In this document: positions 1 to 8,472 of the stretch, piece after piece | Position numbering within the stretch: position 1 is the stretch's first letter | Layout: each line of letters begins with the position of its first letter | Assembly: GCF_017809215.1 (NCBI RefSeq) | Contig: NZ_CP065424.1 | Location: 4,333,509 to 4,373,508 of the forward strand | Length of the DNA: 40,000 nt | Direction: 5' to 3' | Origin: Heyndrickxia oleronia | GTDB taxonomy: Bacteria > Bacillota > Bacilli > Bacillales > Bacillaceae_C | Made by a program: the position numbers and the translations under genes | The notes under the pieces: model-generated | The model's input: only the letters and a program-made list of their open reading frames with translations | Told to the model about the DNA's origin: nothing | Databases searched by the model: none

Positions 1-513
1 ACCATCTATAAAATCATTACCAGATACATATTCAGGGTTTTTGGCGGGATAAAACAATGGGTCTCTTTGAAAACTTCCCTTTTCAAGCAATAACTCAATG
101 GTTTGATGATACATTTTTTTGGCATCGTTATTACATGAATCATAAAAATCTCTTAAGTCTTTTCTAACAGATACACCTAGTGATGTGGTGTGTCCTAGCA
201 AACCGTGTAAGGTCATAATATGTAAATAATGTAGGCAAAATATATCCGTGAATAATCTCTGTTTCCCTTTAAAGAGGTCAGATTCTGTAAAGCCAATGGG
301 AATGGGAAATCCTTCTTTCTTCATAAAACTTACGATTTGCTGCTTTTGCCTTTCAAACGTATTAATGGCACTTTCAAAAATTGTTTTAATTTCCTCATCT
401 TCAATTATAGAAGCCATGTATTTATTGACTACATCGGTCATTGTACCGTTAACATACTCTCCCCACAAAGTTCCTATCTCAGAAGATGTAAGTTTTAATT
501 CATTTTCATTCAC
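1..513 (-). CDS. DUF3231-like protein, N-terminal 171 codons (gene runs off the window start); probable flanking host gene
   Basis: Open minus-strand frame from GTG at 513 (GAGGTG SD 5 nt upstream) down to position 1. The N-terminus VNENELKLTSSEIGTLWGEYVNGTM matches my recollection of Bacillus DUF3231 proteins. Absent from the ORF track because no stop lies in the window. Confidence 0.5.
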   Translation of the reverse strand, partial: MNENELKLTSSEIGTLWGEYVNGTMTDVVNKYMASIIEDEEIKTIFESAINTFERQKQQIVSFMKKEGFPIPIGFTESDLFKGKQRLFTDIFCLHYLHIMTLHGLLGHTTSLGVSVRKDLRDFYDSCNNDAKKMYHQTIELLLEKGSFQRDPLFYPAKNPEYVSGNDFIDG

Positions 514-971
514 ACTATCACCTCATTATATTTTCTAGTGAATACTGTAAGAAATAAGTAATTTATCTTTATTTTTATTTCTATTGGAATCATAAATATA
601 TTTCACCATCTGTATTGTTTTTAATCCTAAAATTGTAATAATTACTGTATAAACTGTTGTCAAAATAATCGCAGGTATAACCTAATTATTTAATGTTCCC
701 TGATCGTTTTGCTCATTTCAAAACAATTACTCTCCAGTAGCTAATTTGTATGTAATGTACCCACAATAGAGATTTACATGCATTCTCTTCTTTTTATTAA
801 AGAAATCAAACATTTTTTGAGGAACACCTTTTTTTCAACAATATATATATGATAATTGGTTAATACATACTGAAGGTTACCTTATAGAAATGAAACAGAT
901 TGTTAAACTAACCCATACAATTCCGTGAGAAAGTACTATACAAGTACTTGGGGGTTTTATTTAAAATTAAT

Positions 972-1162
972 AGCCCGTCTCAATTGAGAAGGAGCTAAAA
1001 TTACTGGAAGAGGACTATAATGAGTGGACAATTAAATTAACCTTATCACTGGTTAGTAGCTGATTAATGCTTTTACTTATTAAGTATAATATTATTCGTA
1101 TGTCTTTTTACTTGGATAGTCTTATAAAATGATAAAAACTCCCACTCAAATTGAGAAGGAGT
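972..1162. repeat. Repeat unit A (~190 bp) bounded by two related hairpins (972-996, 1138-1162)
   Basis: Alignable by eye with 1985-2177 and 2265-2455. Shared blocks: CCCnCTC..GAGAAGGAG hairpins, ATGAGTGG, TTAAATTAACC, TCACTGGTT..GCTGATTAATG, CTTGGnT..AAAATGAT. Confidence 0.6.
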
Positions 1163-1246
1163 CTTCATCATAATACACCTACCTGGGTGTAATCTTATTA
1201 TGTAATTTGAAATAAATATTATTCATTTATAGAAAATTTTTTTATA

Positions 1247-1274
1247 AAGCTCCTCTCGATTTAGAAGGGCTTTT
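1247..1274. terminator. Hairpin A3 (AAAGCTCCTCTCGATTTAGAAGGGCTTT), T-rich on both sides; possible bidirectional terminator or attenuator upstream of the 1347-1871 gene
   Basis: 8-bp stem with one mismatch, preceded by TTTTTTATAA and followed by TTTTACCAACCCTTTTTT. Same hairpin family as the repeat units. Confidence 0.4.
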
Positions 1275-1346
1275 ACCAACCCTTTTTTCATATTCGACTA
1301 AAGGGGTAGGTTAGTAAAAGGATAGCTTACATATTAATGTGATTTA

Positions 1347-1871
1347 TTGGATATTTTAATAGGTAAAAAAGAACACTTTGGGAAAGGGATGATAAAAGCT
1401 ATGACAATAAAAATTCAAAGAATAGTTAATGTTGCAATGGTCTTAATATCATGGTTGACAATCCCTCAATTAGGTTTACGTAACATAAAAAGATTTCTAC
1501 CAGCATCCCTCCTTATTTTAATCGTAGAAATGCTTCATGCACGATATGGAAAAAAACAAAGGTGGTGGGTCTTCTTTAATAAACCTAAATCCACTCTCTT
1601 TGGGGAATTTCCATTCCAAATTGGTCCATTTTTAGCTGTCGCTATATGGTCTTTGAAATGGGCAAACGGAAATTTTAAATGGTTTATTTTAATCAATGGA
1701 ATTATAAATGCTGTCTTTGCTTATCCAATCACATATTTTGCAAGAAAATTTAGGTATTATACATTGGTTCGATTTAATAAATTTCAATTTTTCCTTTATT
1801 TCTTTTCTAAGGCATTTTTATTGTATTGGTTCCAGTATATTTATGAAAAACTTACTTATCAAAATGTTTAA
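1347..1871 (+). CDS. Polytopic membrane protein of unknown function (likely true start ATG at 1401); paralogue of 33859-34302
   Basis: ORF track. Several hydrophobic segments. Alignable with the 147-aa protein (IKRFLPASLL / LKKYLPVTIF; ILINGIINAVFAYPITYFARKF / LLINLLNNFVYAYLVIPLFEKL). Confidence 0.6.
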   Translation: MDILIGKKEHFGKGMIKAMTIKIQRIVNVAMVLISWLTIPQLGLRNIKRFLPASLLILIVEMLHARYGKKQRWWVFFNKPKSTLFGEFPFQIGPFLAVAIWSLKWANGNFKWFILINGIINAVFAYPITYFARKFRYYTLVRFNKFQFFLYFFSKAFLLYWFQYIYEKLTYQNV

Positions 1872-1984
1872 GAAGGTTAAATTTATTCACTATAATAAAT
1901 AAAAAAACTCTGTTTTCCTATTCATAAGAAGTAGATTGTAAAAGGTTGTACTTAACAGGGGGGCTTTAGTTAAAGAAGAAAAGG

Positions 1985-2177
1985 CCCCTCAGGATTAAGA
2001 GGGGGTAATAATGGAGGATAATAGATAAGTGAATAACTACGGACAAGTAAGTTACCCTCATTCACTGGTTTATTGCTGATTAATGTTATTACTTAGTACA
2101 TCTTTTTATTTTTAAGTTTTTTTGCTTGGGTTATTTTACAAATGGTATAATGCCCCCCCTCGATCCGAGAAGGAGAT
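1985..2177. repeat. Repeat unit B (~190 bp), hairpins at 1985-2005 and 2152-2177
   Basis: Same block order as units A and C. Unit-to-unit period is about 280 bp (1985 to 2265). Confidence 0.6.
2122..2151 (+). promoter_or_regulatory. Sigma-A-like promoter: TTGCTT - 18 nt - TGgTATAAT (extended -10), reading rightward against the lysis operon
   Basis: Read directly: -35 TTGCTT at 2122-2127, TG at 2143-2144, TATAAT at 2146-2151. The equivalent positions in units A and C are degenerate (TGATAAAA, TGATTAAA). Confidence 0.4.
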
Positions 2178-2264
2178 TTTAGAAATATTCTTAACACAAT
2201 TTCAGGCGAGTAGTTATACTATCCATTAAAAGATTAATTACTCATTTTTGTCTAAATAAAAAAA

Positions 2265-2455
2265 TCCCTCTCGACTGAGAAGGACCAAAATGAGTGGTGA
2301 AGCAGTAGTGGAAATAGATAGACAATAAATTAACCAATTTCATACGCGGTTTTGCTGGAGTATTTATCGGTCAATACATTTTATAATTTCTAAGTGTTAT
2401 TGCTTGGGTTGTCTCATAAAATGATTAAAAGCCCCCACTCAAACTGTGAAGGAGC
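2265..2455. repeat. Repeat unit C (~190 bp), hairpins at 2265-2284 and 2431-2455
   Basis: Alignable with units A and B. Hairpin 2265-2284 is preceded by an A8 run, which is a T-run on the minus strand. Confidence 0.6.
2421..2455 (-). terminator. Probable intrinsic terminator of the lysis operon
   Basis: Minus strand reads GCTCCTTCACAGTTTGAGTGGGGGC followed by TTTTAATCATTTTAT, about 80 nt after the amidase stop. Confidence 0.5.
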
Positions 2456-2535
2456 TTTACAATATGGTCAACACAATTTCAGGCGAGTAATTATATTTTG
2501 TACAGTTGACAAACAAATTATTCAATAATAACTTT

Positions 2536-3351
2536 CTACTTAATTTGATACCAAGCATTAATACTTTTTAGAAATTGTTCCATTTCTTTTGCTTTTGGTG
2601 TTCCTTCTGTAAATTGTCCAATTTCAAAGGAAAGTGATCCTCCATCATTACGAGTAGGCTTAAAATAATAACCTTTTTGAATAAGGAAATTATGAATCTT
2701 TAAAAGTGATTCCCCAGAATATCCACCAGTATAGAACGAAATTTTCTTTTCCACTTTCGATTCCTCCTTTACGTTTGATTTAGATACCTCTTTGATTTTT
2801 AATTTAAAATGAGCAACAAATGCTTTAAATACTGCTTCAGCATATATCTCTCGAAATTCTTCTGATTTCAATAGTTCTGATTCTTCCTTATTACTCATAA
2901 ATGGTCCTTCTTGTAGGATTGCTGTCATATTTGTTTCTCGCAGTACATGAAGGTCTTTAGCTTTTACTCCTCGATCACGTAACCCTGTAGCTTTAACAAC
3001 ATATTCTTGTACTACTTTAGCAAAAGCTAATGAATCCTTTGGCCATGAGGTATAAACAAAAGTTTCAAGACCGTTTGCGCTATTCCACGTACTGTATGCA
3101 GCATTTCCATGTTGAGAATAGAAAACATCAGCACCCCATTTGTTTGCTTTGTCTGTTCTGGATTTCAAAGATACATCTGTTTTACCTGTTGGATCGTCAG
3201 TCCTTAATATCGAAACATTCTCACACGTATTTAACTTATTTATCAGTTTCGTTACTACTCCACTATTAAACTCCCATTCATGTAAGGAATTATCTGGAGT
3301 ACGTTTACCTGGGGTATTTTTTCCGTGTCCAGCATCTATTGCTATTTTCAT
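2536..3351 (-). CDS. N-acetylmuramoyl-L-alanine amidase endolysin (Amidase_3 type) with C-terminal wall-binding region
   Basis: N-terminus MKIAIDAGHGKNTPGKR and HGNA motif are typical of CwlA/XlyA-type amidases. It is the last gene of the lysis cassette. Confidence 0.88.
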   Translation of the reverse strand: MKIAIDAGHGKNTPGKRTPDNSLHEWEFNSGVVTKLINKLNTCENVSILRTDDPTGKTDVSLKSRTDKANKWGADVFYSQHGNAAYSTWNSANGLETFVYTSWPKDSLAFAKVVQEYVVKATGLRDRGVKAKDLHVLRETNMTAILQEGPFMSNKEESELLKSEEFREIYAEAVFKAFVAHFKLKIKEVSKSNVKEESKVEKKISFYTGGYSGESLLKIHNFLIQKGYYFKPTRNDGGSLSFEIGQFTEGTPKAKEMEQFLKSINAWYQIK

Positions 3352-3415
3352 TTACAAAACTCCTTTCAAAATAAAGTGAGCAACAACTAATTGCTGTCGC
3401 TCATTACGATATTTT

Positions 3416-3610
3416 TTATATTCCTCCTTTAATTATTAATCCTAAAACCGCAGAAACCACTGCACCAATAACAATTCTTAAAATCCAAGTCGTATTGCTT
3501 TTTATACTTGCGATATCTTCTTTTATGTCTTTAATGTTTGATTCTGCTACTGCAAGCCTTGTTTTAACATCTGAAATATCACTTTCAAGTTTCGATACTC
3601 GTTCTTCCAT
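3416..3610 (-). CDS. xhlA: XhlA-family lysis/haemolysin-like membrane protein
   Basis: MEERVSKLESDISDVKTRL coiled coil plus a C-terminal TM segment. AGGTGGTG SD precedes the ATG at 3610. The track's longer start (3667) lies in a conserved leader. Confidence 0.8.
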   Translation of the reverse strand: MEERVSKLESDISDVKTRLAVAESNIKDIKEDIASIKSNTTWILRIVIGAVVSAVLGLIIKGGI

Positions 3611-3758
3611 AACGCACCACCTAAAAGATATTAATACGTTCGGTACATAGCTGGCTACAGTTTTCAAAAGAAATAATTATTTCCTAATCTATTGTTATGC
3701 TAACCTGTCCTTTTTCGGAAAGGCTATAGAGAAAAAAGTAATCTTTTAGTCATCACTC

Positions 3759-4007
3759 TTACTTAGATTTCGTTAATCCTTCTTTTCTCAATACTTCTTT
3801 TTGCTTTTTCCCTTTGGCTGTTACATAGTTATTTTTAAACCAAGCAATTCCTGTAGCAACAAAAGTAAATACTCCAGATATAACTGCAGTTTGATCTTGT
3901 TCAGTACCTGGAATTTCATACAACCCAAATCCAACTAAAAATTGATTAATTAACGCAACGGCTAAAACGATTGTTCGAATCACTGTTCCTTTATCCATTT
4001 TTATCAT
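3759..4007 (-). CDS. Phage holin (SPP1/phi-LC3 holin family); second ATG at 3998 has the better SD
   Basis: MDKGTVIRTIVLAVALINQFL...WFKNNYVTAKG pattern with two TM segments. Position between bhlA and xhlA. Confidence 0.8.
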   Translation of the reverse strand: MIKMDKGTVIRTIVLAVALINQFLVGFGLYEIPGTEQDQTAVISGVFTFVATGIAWFKNNYVTAKGKKQKEVLRKEGLTKSK

Positions 4008-4042
4008 CCCTTCAGTTTAAAAATTAAATATAAAAAGACCAA

Positions 4043-4261
4043 TTACTTCGGTGGCAATCGGTCTTTGATATCTGATAATTGATTAATCACAACGTCATAT
4101 TTATCACTAAATTTGTTAAGTATTTCATTTTGATCTTCTATCGTCTGATAAAGTTTATCTTCTCTTGCTTTACCTTCTTTACGACTCGTATATAAAAGCC
4201 ATACAAAAAGGACCGCAAATGGTCCCTGTGTTAAAAAATATTGAGTTAAACTTGCATCCAT
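4043..4261 (-). CDS. bhlA: BhlA/UviB-family holin-like protein
   Basis: MDASLTQYFLTQGPFAVLFVWLLYTSRKEGKARE is the family signature. AGGTGGTG SD precedes the ATG at 4261. A hairpin plus T-run overlaps its 3' end. Confidence 0.8.
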   Translation of the reverse strand: MDASLTQYFLTQGPFAVLFVWLLYTSRKEGKAREDKLYQTIEDQNEILNKFSDKYDVVINQLSDIKDRLPPK

Positions 4262-4337
4262 ATGGCACCACCTACATAAATAATTAACCATGCTCGGTAC
4301 ATAGTTCACTGTAGTCATGAAATCATAAAAAATACAC

Positions 4338-4475
4338 CTATTCGGTAGGTGCTACATAATCATCTTTTGTTATTTCCTTGTATTCTGCTGCAGAAATTTC
4401 CTTCAGTTGTACTGCTAAATTTAAGTCATCCATACTTGCCCAACCAAATTTATAAGCCATTTGCCAAAAGGTCAT
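4338..4475 (-). CDS. xkdX: XkdX-family small protein (45 aa; below the ORF-track cutoff)
   Basis: Hand translation gives MTFWQMAYKFGWASMDDLNLAVQLKEISAAEYKEITKDDYVAPTE. TAATG overlap with the upstream gene. Canonical position before the holins. Confidence 0.75.
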   Translation of the reverse strand: MTFWQMAYKFGWASMDDLNLAVQLKEISAAEYKEITKDDYVAPTE

Positions 4476-4684
4476 TATGAATTACCTCCCTTTAAATTCG
4501 CAACTTCCAATTTAGTTTTAACCAGTTCTTGACCAAGTGCAGCAACCATTTCTTTTGTTTGTGCATGATCTAGTTTTTCCTGGACTAATTCAAGCCCTAT
4601 TGCATCAAGTGAAATGGGAATATTCTCTTGGTTCTCTTTTTCTTGCTTAATTATGCTTAATGGCTTTTCATTTAGGATTTTCAA
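4475..4684 (-). CDS. Hypothetical protein in the XkdW position
   Basis: ORF track. Overlaps both neighbouring genes by 1-4 nt, consistent with translational coupling. Confidence 0.55.
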   Translation of the reverse strand: MKILNEKPLSIIKQEKENQENIPISLDAIGLELVQEKLDHAQTKEMVAALGQELVKTKLEVANLKGGNS

Positions 4685-7104
4685 TCAAATGCACCCCCGA
4701 ATCCGTTAAATTTAACCTGGTCATGTGCTGTTCCTTTGTGGAGAGTGAAACGAATATTTATTCCCCATTGTTCGGCTGTTTTTTCTGTATTCGTAAAATG
4801 AAAACCTCTTTTATTCATAGCCATTCCAGTTACGTCCTCCCAGGTAGGGACTTCATCAAAGGCGTTGTTACATGCTTCAATAACAATCGTTGACCCAATC
4901 GGTAAATACACATCCGGTGTAACTAGGATTCTTGTTGCAGCTATATCCGTAACAAAAGGATTTTTTAATTCTAATTGAATCGTATCTTCGGTTCTTGTAA
5001 ATGTGTATGTTCTAGTTGATTTCGCCCCAAATGAGTCCTTTGCTTCAATTGTTAACTTATGTTCCTGTTCAAGTTGCAAAGGAATCCACATTTCAATAGG
5101 TATTTCTATTTTGTATTCTGTTCCTAACTCTGCATCAAATGTTCGGATGACTTGTCCATTAATTCTTTCTGTAATTGTTGCTGTTTGTTTCTCTGGATCA
5201 TCTACCTGGTATGTGATTGATGGTATTTCAAGTAATTCCCCTAAATCTTCATCAGTTCCAGAAATAACAGGTGGTCTGTTGTGAATCACTCGGAATATTC
5301 TTTCCTCGACTGTAGATATACCACCTTGTCCATCATCCGCCCATACCTTTAATGTGTGATCTACATTTTCAGCAAGATCATTTGATATAGGTGTGGCACC
5401 ATCGTAAACACGCTTATTGCTATACGTGATTTTTTTCGAAAACTCGATAGGTGTTGATCCGTCTGATAAACCAGATTGGATATTTCGAATCGTTCCATCG
5501 TTAATTTGCATTTTGATAATAATATTATCGTTTGCATCTGTATCCCTTGCGCTACCATCCACAAGAACCTCATTCTGTCCCTCTGTTTCAGACATAGTGA
5601 AGTTATTTGCTGTATTTAAAAGAATAGTAGGTATGACATTGTGCTGAATCTCGTAAACATCGGAATAAACATAATCAGACGACGTATTGACTGTATTTCT
5701 TGCATATACCCGGAATTGTATATTTGTCAATGTTTTATCTTTAGTTATTATTATTCCTCTTGTTAAAGCATTTATTTCAGATAGTTTCGTCCATCCGGTA
5801 GAGCTACCATCGCTATTATGTTTATATTCTAATGTATACCCTGCTAAATTAGGTGCTGACGACGGTCCCCATGTTACACTAACAGTTTCACCCGGCTTTA
5901 ATACCGTCCCTTGTGTAGGTACGGTGAATGGTCCCGGCGGTGGAATAGAATCTTTTACGCGGCTACCTCGTACCCACCAATAGCCGGATTGTTGGCCGTC
6001 TGTTGGGTATGTTCCTTCTTCGGCTATGATGCCGGATTGAATTAGTGATCCGCGAACATCTCTAAAACTTTGAAGGAAACCCGATTTGGAATATTGGTAT
6101 AAAGTTTCGGTGCCAAGCTCAAATTTTTGTATGCTATTACCGCCGTTATATACTGTATAACCAACAAATCCAGGTTGATAGTTAGCATATCTAGGAGTAC
6201 CACTTTCCTTGTATGTCCCTGTATTTGGATCAAACGAATACGACGGATACCCCCAAGCATCATTAACTGTACCTTTATCATATTGTGCGTCCAAACTCCA
6301 AGGCGGCTCAGTTCTCACCTCTTGCCTTGAAATATTATACTTACTCCAATAATACAATTTCTTTGTGACGTCGAAAACGGCGCTTTCTCGATAGGCGCTT
6401 TCGGCTCCTTCTTTATCCCTTGCTTTTACTCTAAATTTTAGTGTTTTAGCCGTTGGGATTGTATATGTGTAACTTAAATTAACTGTCGATGTTATGTTTT
6501 TCCATGTCCCTCCATCGATCTGAACGTCTAGTATATAAGTAGAAAAATTATAATCGGGATCGTTGGACATTCCCCAAGTTAATGCCCTTTGATCTCCGAT
6601 TTCTAACGTTGTACCCGATATAGGTTGCGTGAATGTTCCAGGTATTGTTGGCGCGGTGTTTGGATCTTGTGTAGTTAGTGCAATAACCATCCATTTTACG
6701 TTTTGATCTTGAAAGAAGGAAAGGCCGCCACTATTTGTTTGGTAAACACCGTTATGATTAAAACCAAAATTAATACCGTTATCCATCCATATTTCTATGA
6801 TATAATCTTCGGCACTCAATAAATAAATATCAGGGATCGGTATGTCTAAATATTGGTTTATCATGTTCGATAATGCCACTTGACCCTCTCCAAGTGATGT
6901 TCCTGTGCTCCATGTTTTAACTCTCCATTTAAGGTTTGTACCAGGTGACGAATTATAAACATAGAAACGTATGTTTTTTAGGTATCTTTTGTATGAGGGC
7001 CTAAAACGGCATATACCTAGCCAGTTATCTCCATTAGCCTCTAAAGTCCCACTAGTTGCCGGATTGTCACCGGTTGTTAATTGACTAGAAATGTAAGTCG
7101 CCAT
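4681..7104 (-). CDS. Tail fibre / receptor-binding protein with two FN3-like modules
   Basis: 807 aa, located after the baseplate genes. Two internally similar about 95-aa modules (aa ~151-246 and ~387-486) carry T/VTW...Y.L....G.W......FRV.AR patterns. Confidence 0.7.
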   Translation of the reverse strand: MATYISSQLTTGDNPATSGTLEANGDNWLGICRFRPSYKRYLKNIRFYVYNSSPGTNLKWRVKTWSTGTSLGEGQVALSNMINQYLDIPIPDIYLLSAEDYIIEIWMDNGINFGFNHNGVYQTNSGGLSFFQDQNVKWMVIALTTQDPNTAPTIPGTFTQPISGTTLEIGDQRALTWGMSNDPDYNFSTYILDVQIDGGTWKNITSTVNLSYTYTIPTAKTLKFRVKARDKEGAESAYRESAVFDVTKKLYYWSKYNISRQEVRTEPPWSLDAQYDKGTVNDAWGYPSYSFDPNTGTYKESGTPRYANYQPGFVGYTVYNGGNSIQKFELGTETLYQYSKSGFLQSFRDVRGSLIQSGIIAEEGTYPTDGQQSGYWWVRGSRVKDSIPPPGPFTVPTQGTVLKPGETVSVTWGPSSAPNLAGYTLEYKHNSDGSSTGWTKLSEINALTRGIIITKDKTLTNIQFRVYARNTVNTSSDYVYSDVYEIQHNVIPTILLNTANNFTMSETEGQNEVLVDGSARDTDANDNIIIKMQINDGTIRNIQSGLSDGSTPIEFSKKITYSNKRVYDGATPISNDLAENVDHTLKVWADDGQGGISTVEERIFRVIHNRPPVISGTDEDLGELLEIPSITYQVDDPEKQTATITERINGQVIRTFDAELGTEYKIEIPIEMWIPLQLEQEHKLTIEAKDSFGAKSTRTYTFTRTEDTIQLELKNPFVTDIAATRILVTPDVYLPIGSTIVIEACNNAFDEVPTWEDVTGMAMNKRGFHFTNTEKTAEQWGINIRFTLHKGTAHDQVKFNGFGGAFD

Positions 7105-7156
7105 TAAATAACCTCCCCTGCTTCAATGGTAAATGTTTGAATCACTTGATTCATTT

Positions 7157-7831
7157 TTATATCACCAACCTTTTATTAACACTGTCATAAACCCCACGAC
7201 TAACAATCACATCATCCAGTGTGTAAAAATCCTCTGTAAATTGATTGTTTGTGAAGTTATTAGAGAAGGATTGTTCTAAGTTTGTTAGTTTCAATGACAA
7301 TTTAGAAATATCATCGGTGTTCTTTTCTGCCCTTTGACCAATAGCATCCACTCGAATAACCAATTTATTAAATTCTTCCCTGGACACATAGCCAGTGTTG
7401 GAAATAACGGCAGTTATTTCTTTAGCATTGCCAACGACTACAATAATTTCAAATTCTGCATTAACACCAGTGTTTCCACCGTTAGCAGGTAAAAAATCGG
7501 CTTCCTTTGCAAATGTAATTGCAAAGAGAATTTCTCCTTCGTCTGGATCTTCAGCAAAAAGGCCTACTTCCTGAACATAAAACGGTTCTGTTAGTCCTTC
7601 ATTTGTAATAGAAGTGTGAATCCTGCAATATCCCGAATTATCGACTTGAATACCACTAATACCTAAGTCCTTTTTTGGACTGATTAGTGATGTAAGATCA
7701 TCTATGTTTTGGCCATTATTTTCACCATCACCAATAGATACCTTTGTAAATTTTAATTGGACACCACTTTCAGCCTTTGCTTGTAGCATGCGCCCTTTTT
7801 TTGTCAATGCCATACCTGTGTAATCTGCCAT
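7157..7831 (-). CDS. Tail-collar fibre-like protein (DUF3751-type N-terminus)
   Basis: MADYTGMALTKKGRMLQAKAESGVQLKFTKVSIGDG resembles P2 gpH-like fibre N-termini. Position also fits. Confidence 0.55.
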   Translation of the reverse strand: MADYTGMALTKKGRMLQAKAESGVQLKFTKVSIGDGENNGQNIDDLTSLISPKKDLGISGIQVDNSGYCRIHTSITNEGLTEPFYVQEVGLFAEDPDEGEILFAITFAKEADFLPANGGNTGVNAEFEIIVVVGNAKEITAVISNTGYVSREEFNKLVIRVDAIGQRAEKNTDDISKLSLKLTNLEQSFSNNFTNNQFTEDFYTLDDVIVSRGVYDSVNKRLVI

Positions 7832-8472
7832 TAATGAATCACCTCCGGCTTAATGGTTGTTCTTGTTCTCGTGGATATAAAACCTGCTCTACTTATATCC
7901 AAATTTAGATTTGGCATTGTGAATTTAATGGGGTTGATGGTTGTTCTTTTTCTTTCGGAAATAAACCCTCCATAATTAATGTTAAGTTCAATTTTTCTTT
8001 TATGAGTTAAAGATAGTCCCATATTTAGCGGGACCACACGATCAAGCAAGTTTGAAAGTTCTTTATAGTAACGTTCCTGATAGTTTGATAATGTACCTGG
8101 TTTGAACTTCACTTCTATATCAAGATGGTATTGAATAATATCTAAATTAATTTGGTAATCATTTTCACCAAGTAAACTCTTTAATACCTTTTTTAAATAA
8201 TGAATTGTATAAGGAGGTTTCCCCTGCATTCTACTTAGTAATCTTTGTTTACGATATTCCAATGTTTCCGTAGTTGGATCAGGTATAATACCAAACATTG
8301 CCTCTCGTCTTGCAATAGCTACCTCACTTGAAGTTAATATAAATTGATCATTTTCAAGTTGGTTAATATCACTTTCTAGCTGCTCAAATTTTTTTGATTC
8401 AACATTAGTCATTTCTTGAAATTCTTTAATATCCCAATAATATCGGGGCAAATACTCCATCATACTATTCAT
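7831..8472 (-). CDS. XkdU/YmfQ-like baseplate protein (DUF2313)
   Basis: Position after the baseplate-J-like gene. LPRYYWDIKEFQE N-terminus. 1-nt and 8-nt overlaps with the neighbouring genes. Confidence 0.6.
   Translation of the reverse strand: MNSMMEYLPRYYWDIKEFQEMTNVESKKFEQLESDINQLENDQFILTSSEVAIARREAMFGIIPDPTTETLEYRKQRLLSRMQGKPPYTIHYLKKVLKSLLGENDYQINLDIIQYHLDIEVKFKPGTLSNYQERYYKELSNLLDRVVPLNMGLSLTHKRKIELNINYGGFISERKRTTINPIKFTMPNLNLDISRAGFISTRTRTTIKPEVIH

Noticed and set aside
248-538. 96-aa plus-strand ORF
   Set aside because: Lies entirely antisense to the better-supported minus-strand DUF3231-like frame (1-513), has no SD, and its composition is odd and Cys/Ser-rich. Shadow ORF.
535-663. 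42-aa minus-strand TTG ORF (MTTVYTVIITILGLKT...)
   Set aside because: No SD, non-ATG start, AT-rich intergenic context. Cannot be supported.
1708-1902. 64-aa plus-strand ORF overlapping the end of the membrane protein gene
   Set aside because: Alternative frame of 1347-1871. The longer frame is supported by its paralogue at 33859-34302.
540-2535. Attempt to define attL/attR or the exact prophage boundary
   Set aside because: No integrase, tRNA or second prophage end is in the window. The direct repeats here are tandem and cannot be assigned as att cores from this sequence alone.
3611-3667. N-terminal extensions of the xhlA (to 3667) and bhlA (to 4318) ORFs
   Set aside because: Strong AGGTGGTG SDs sit directly before the internal ATGs that begin the recognisable family sequences. 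The extensions are read-through of a conserved non-coding leader.
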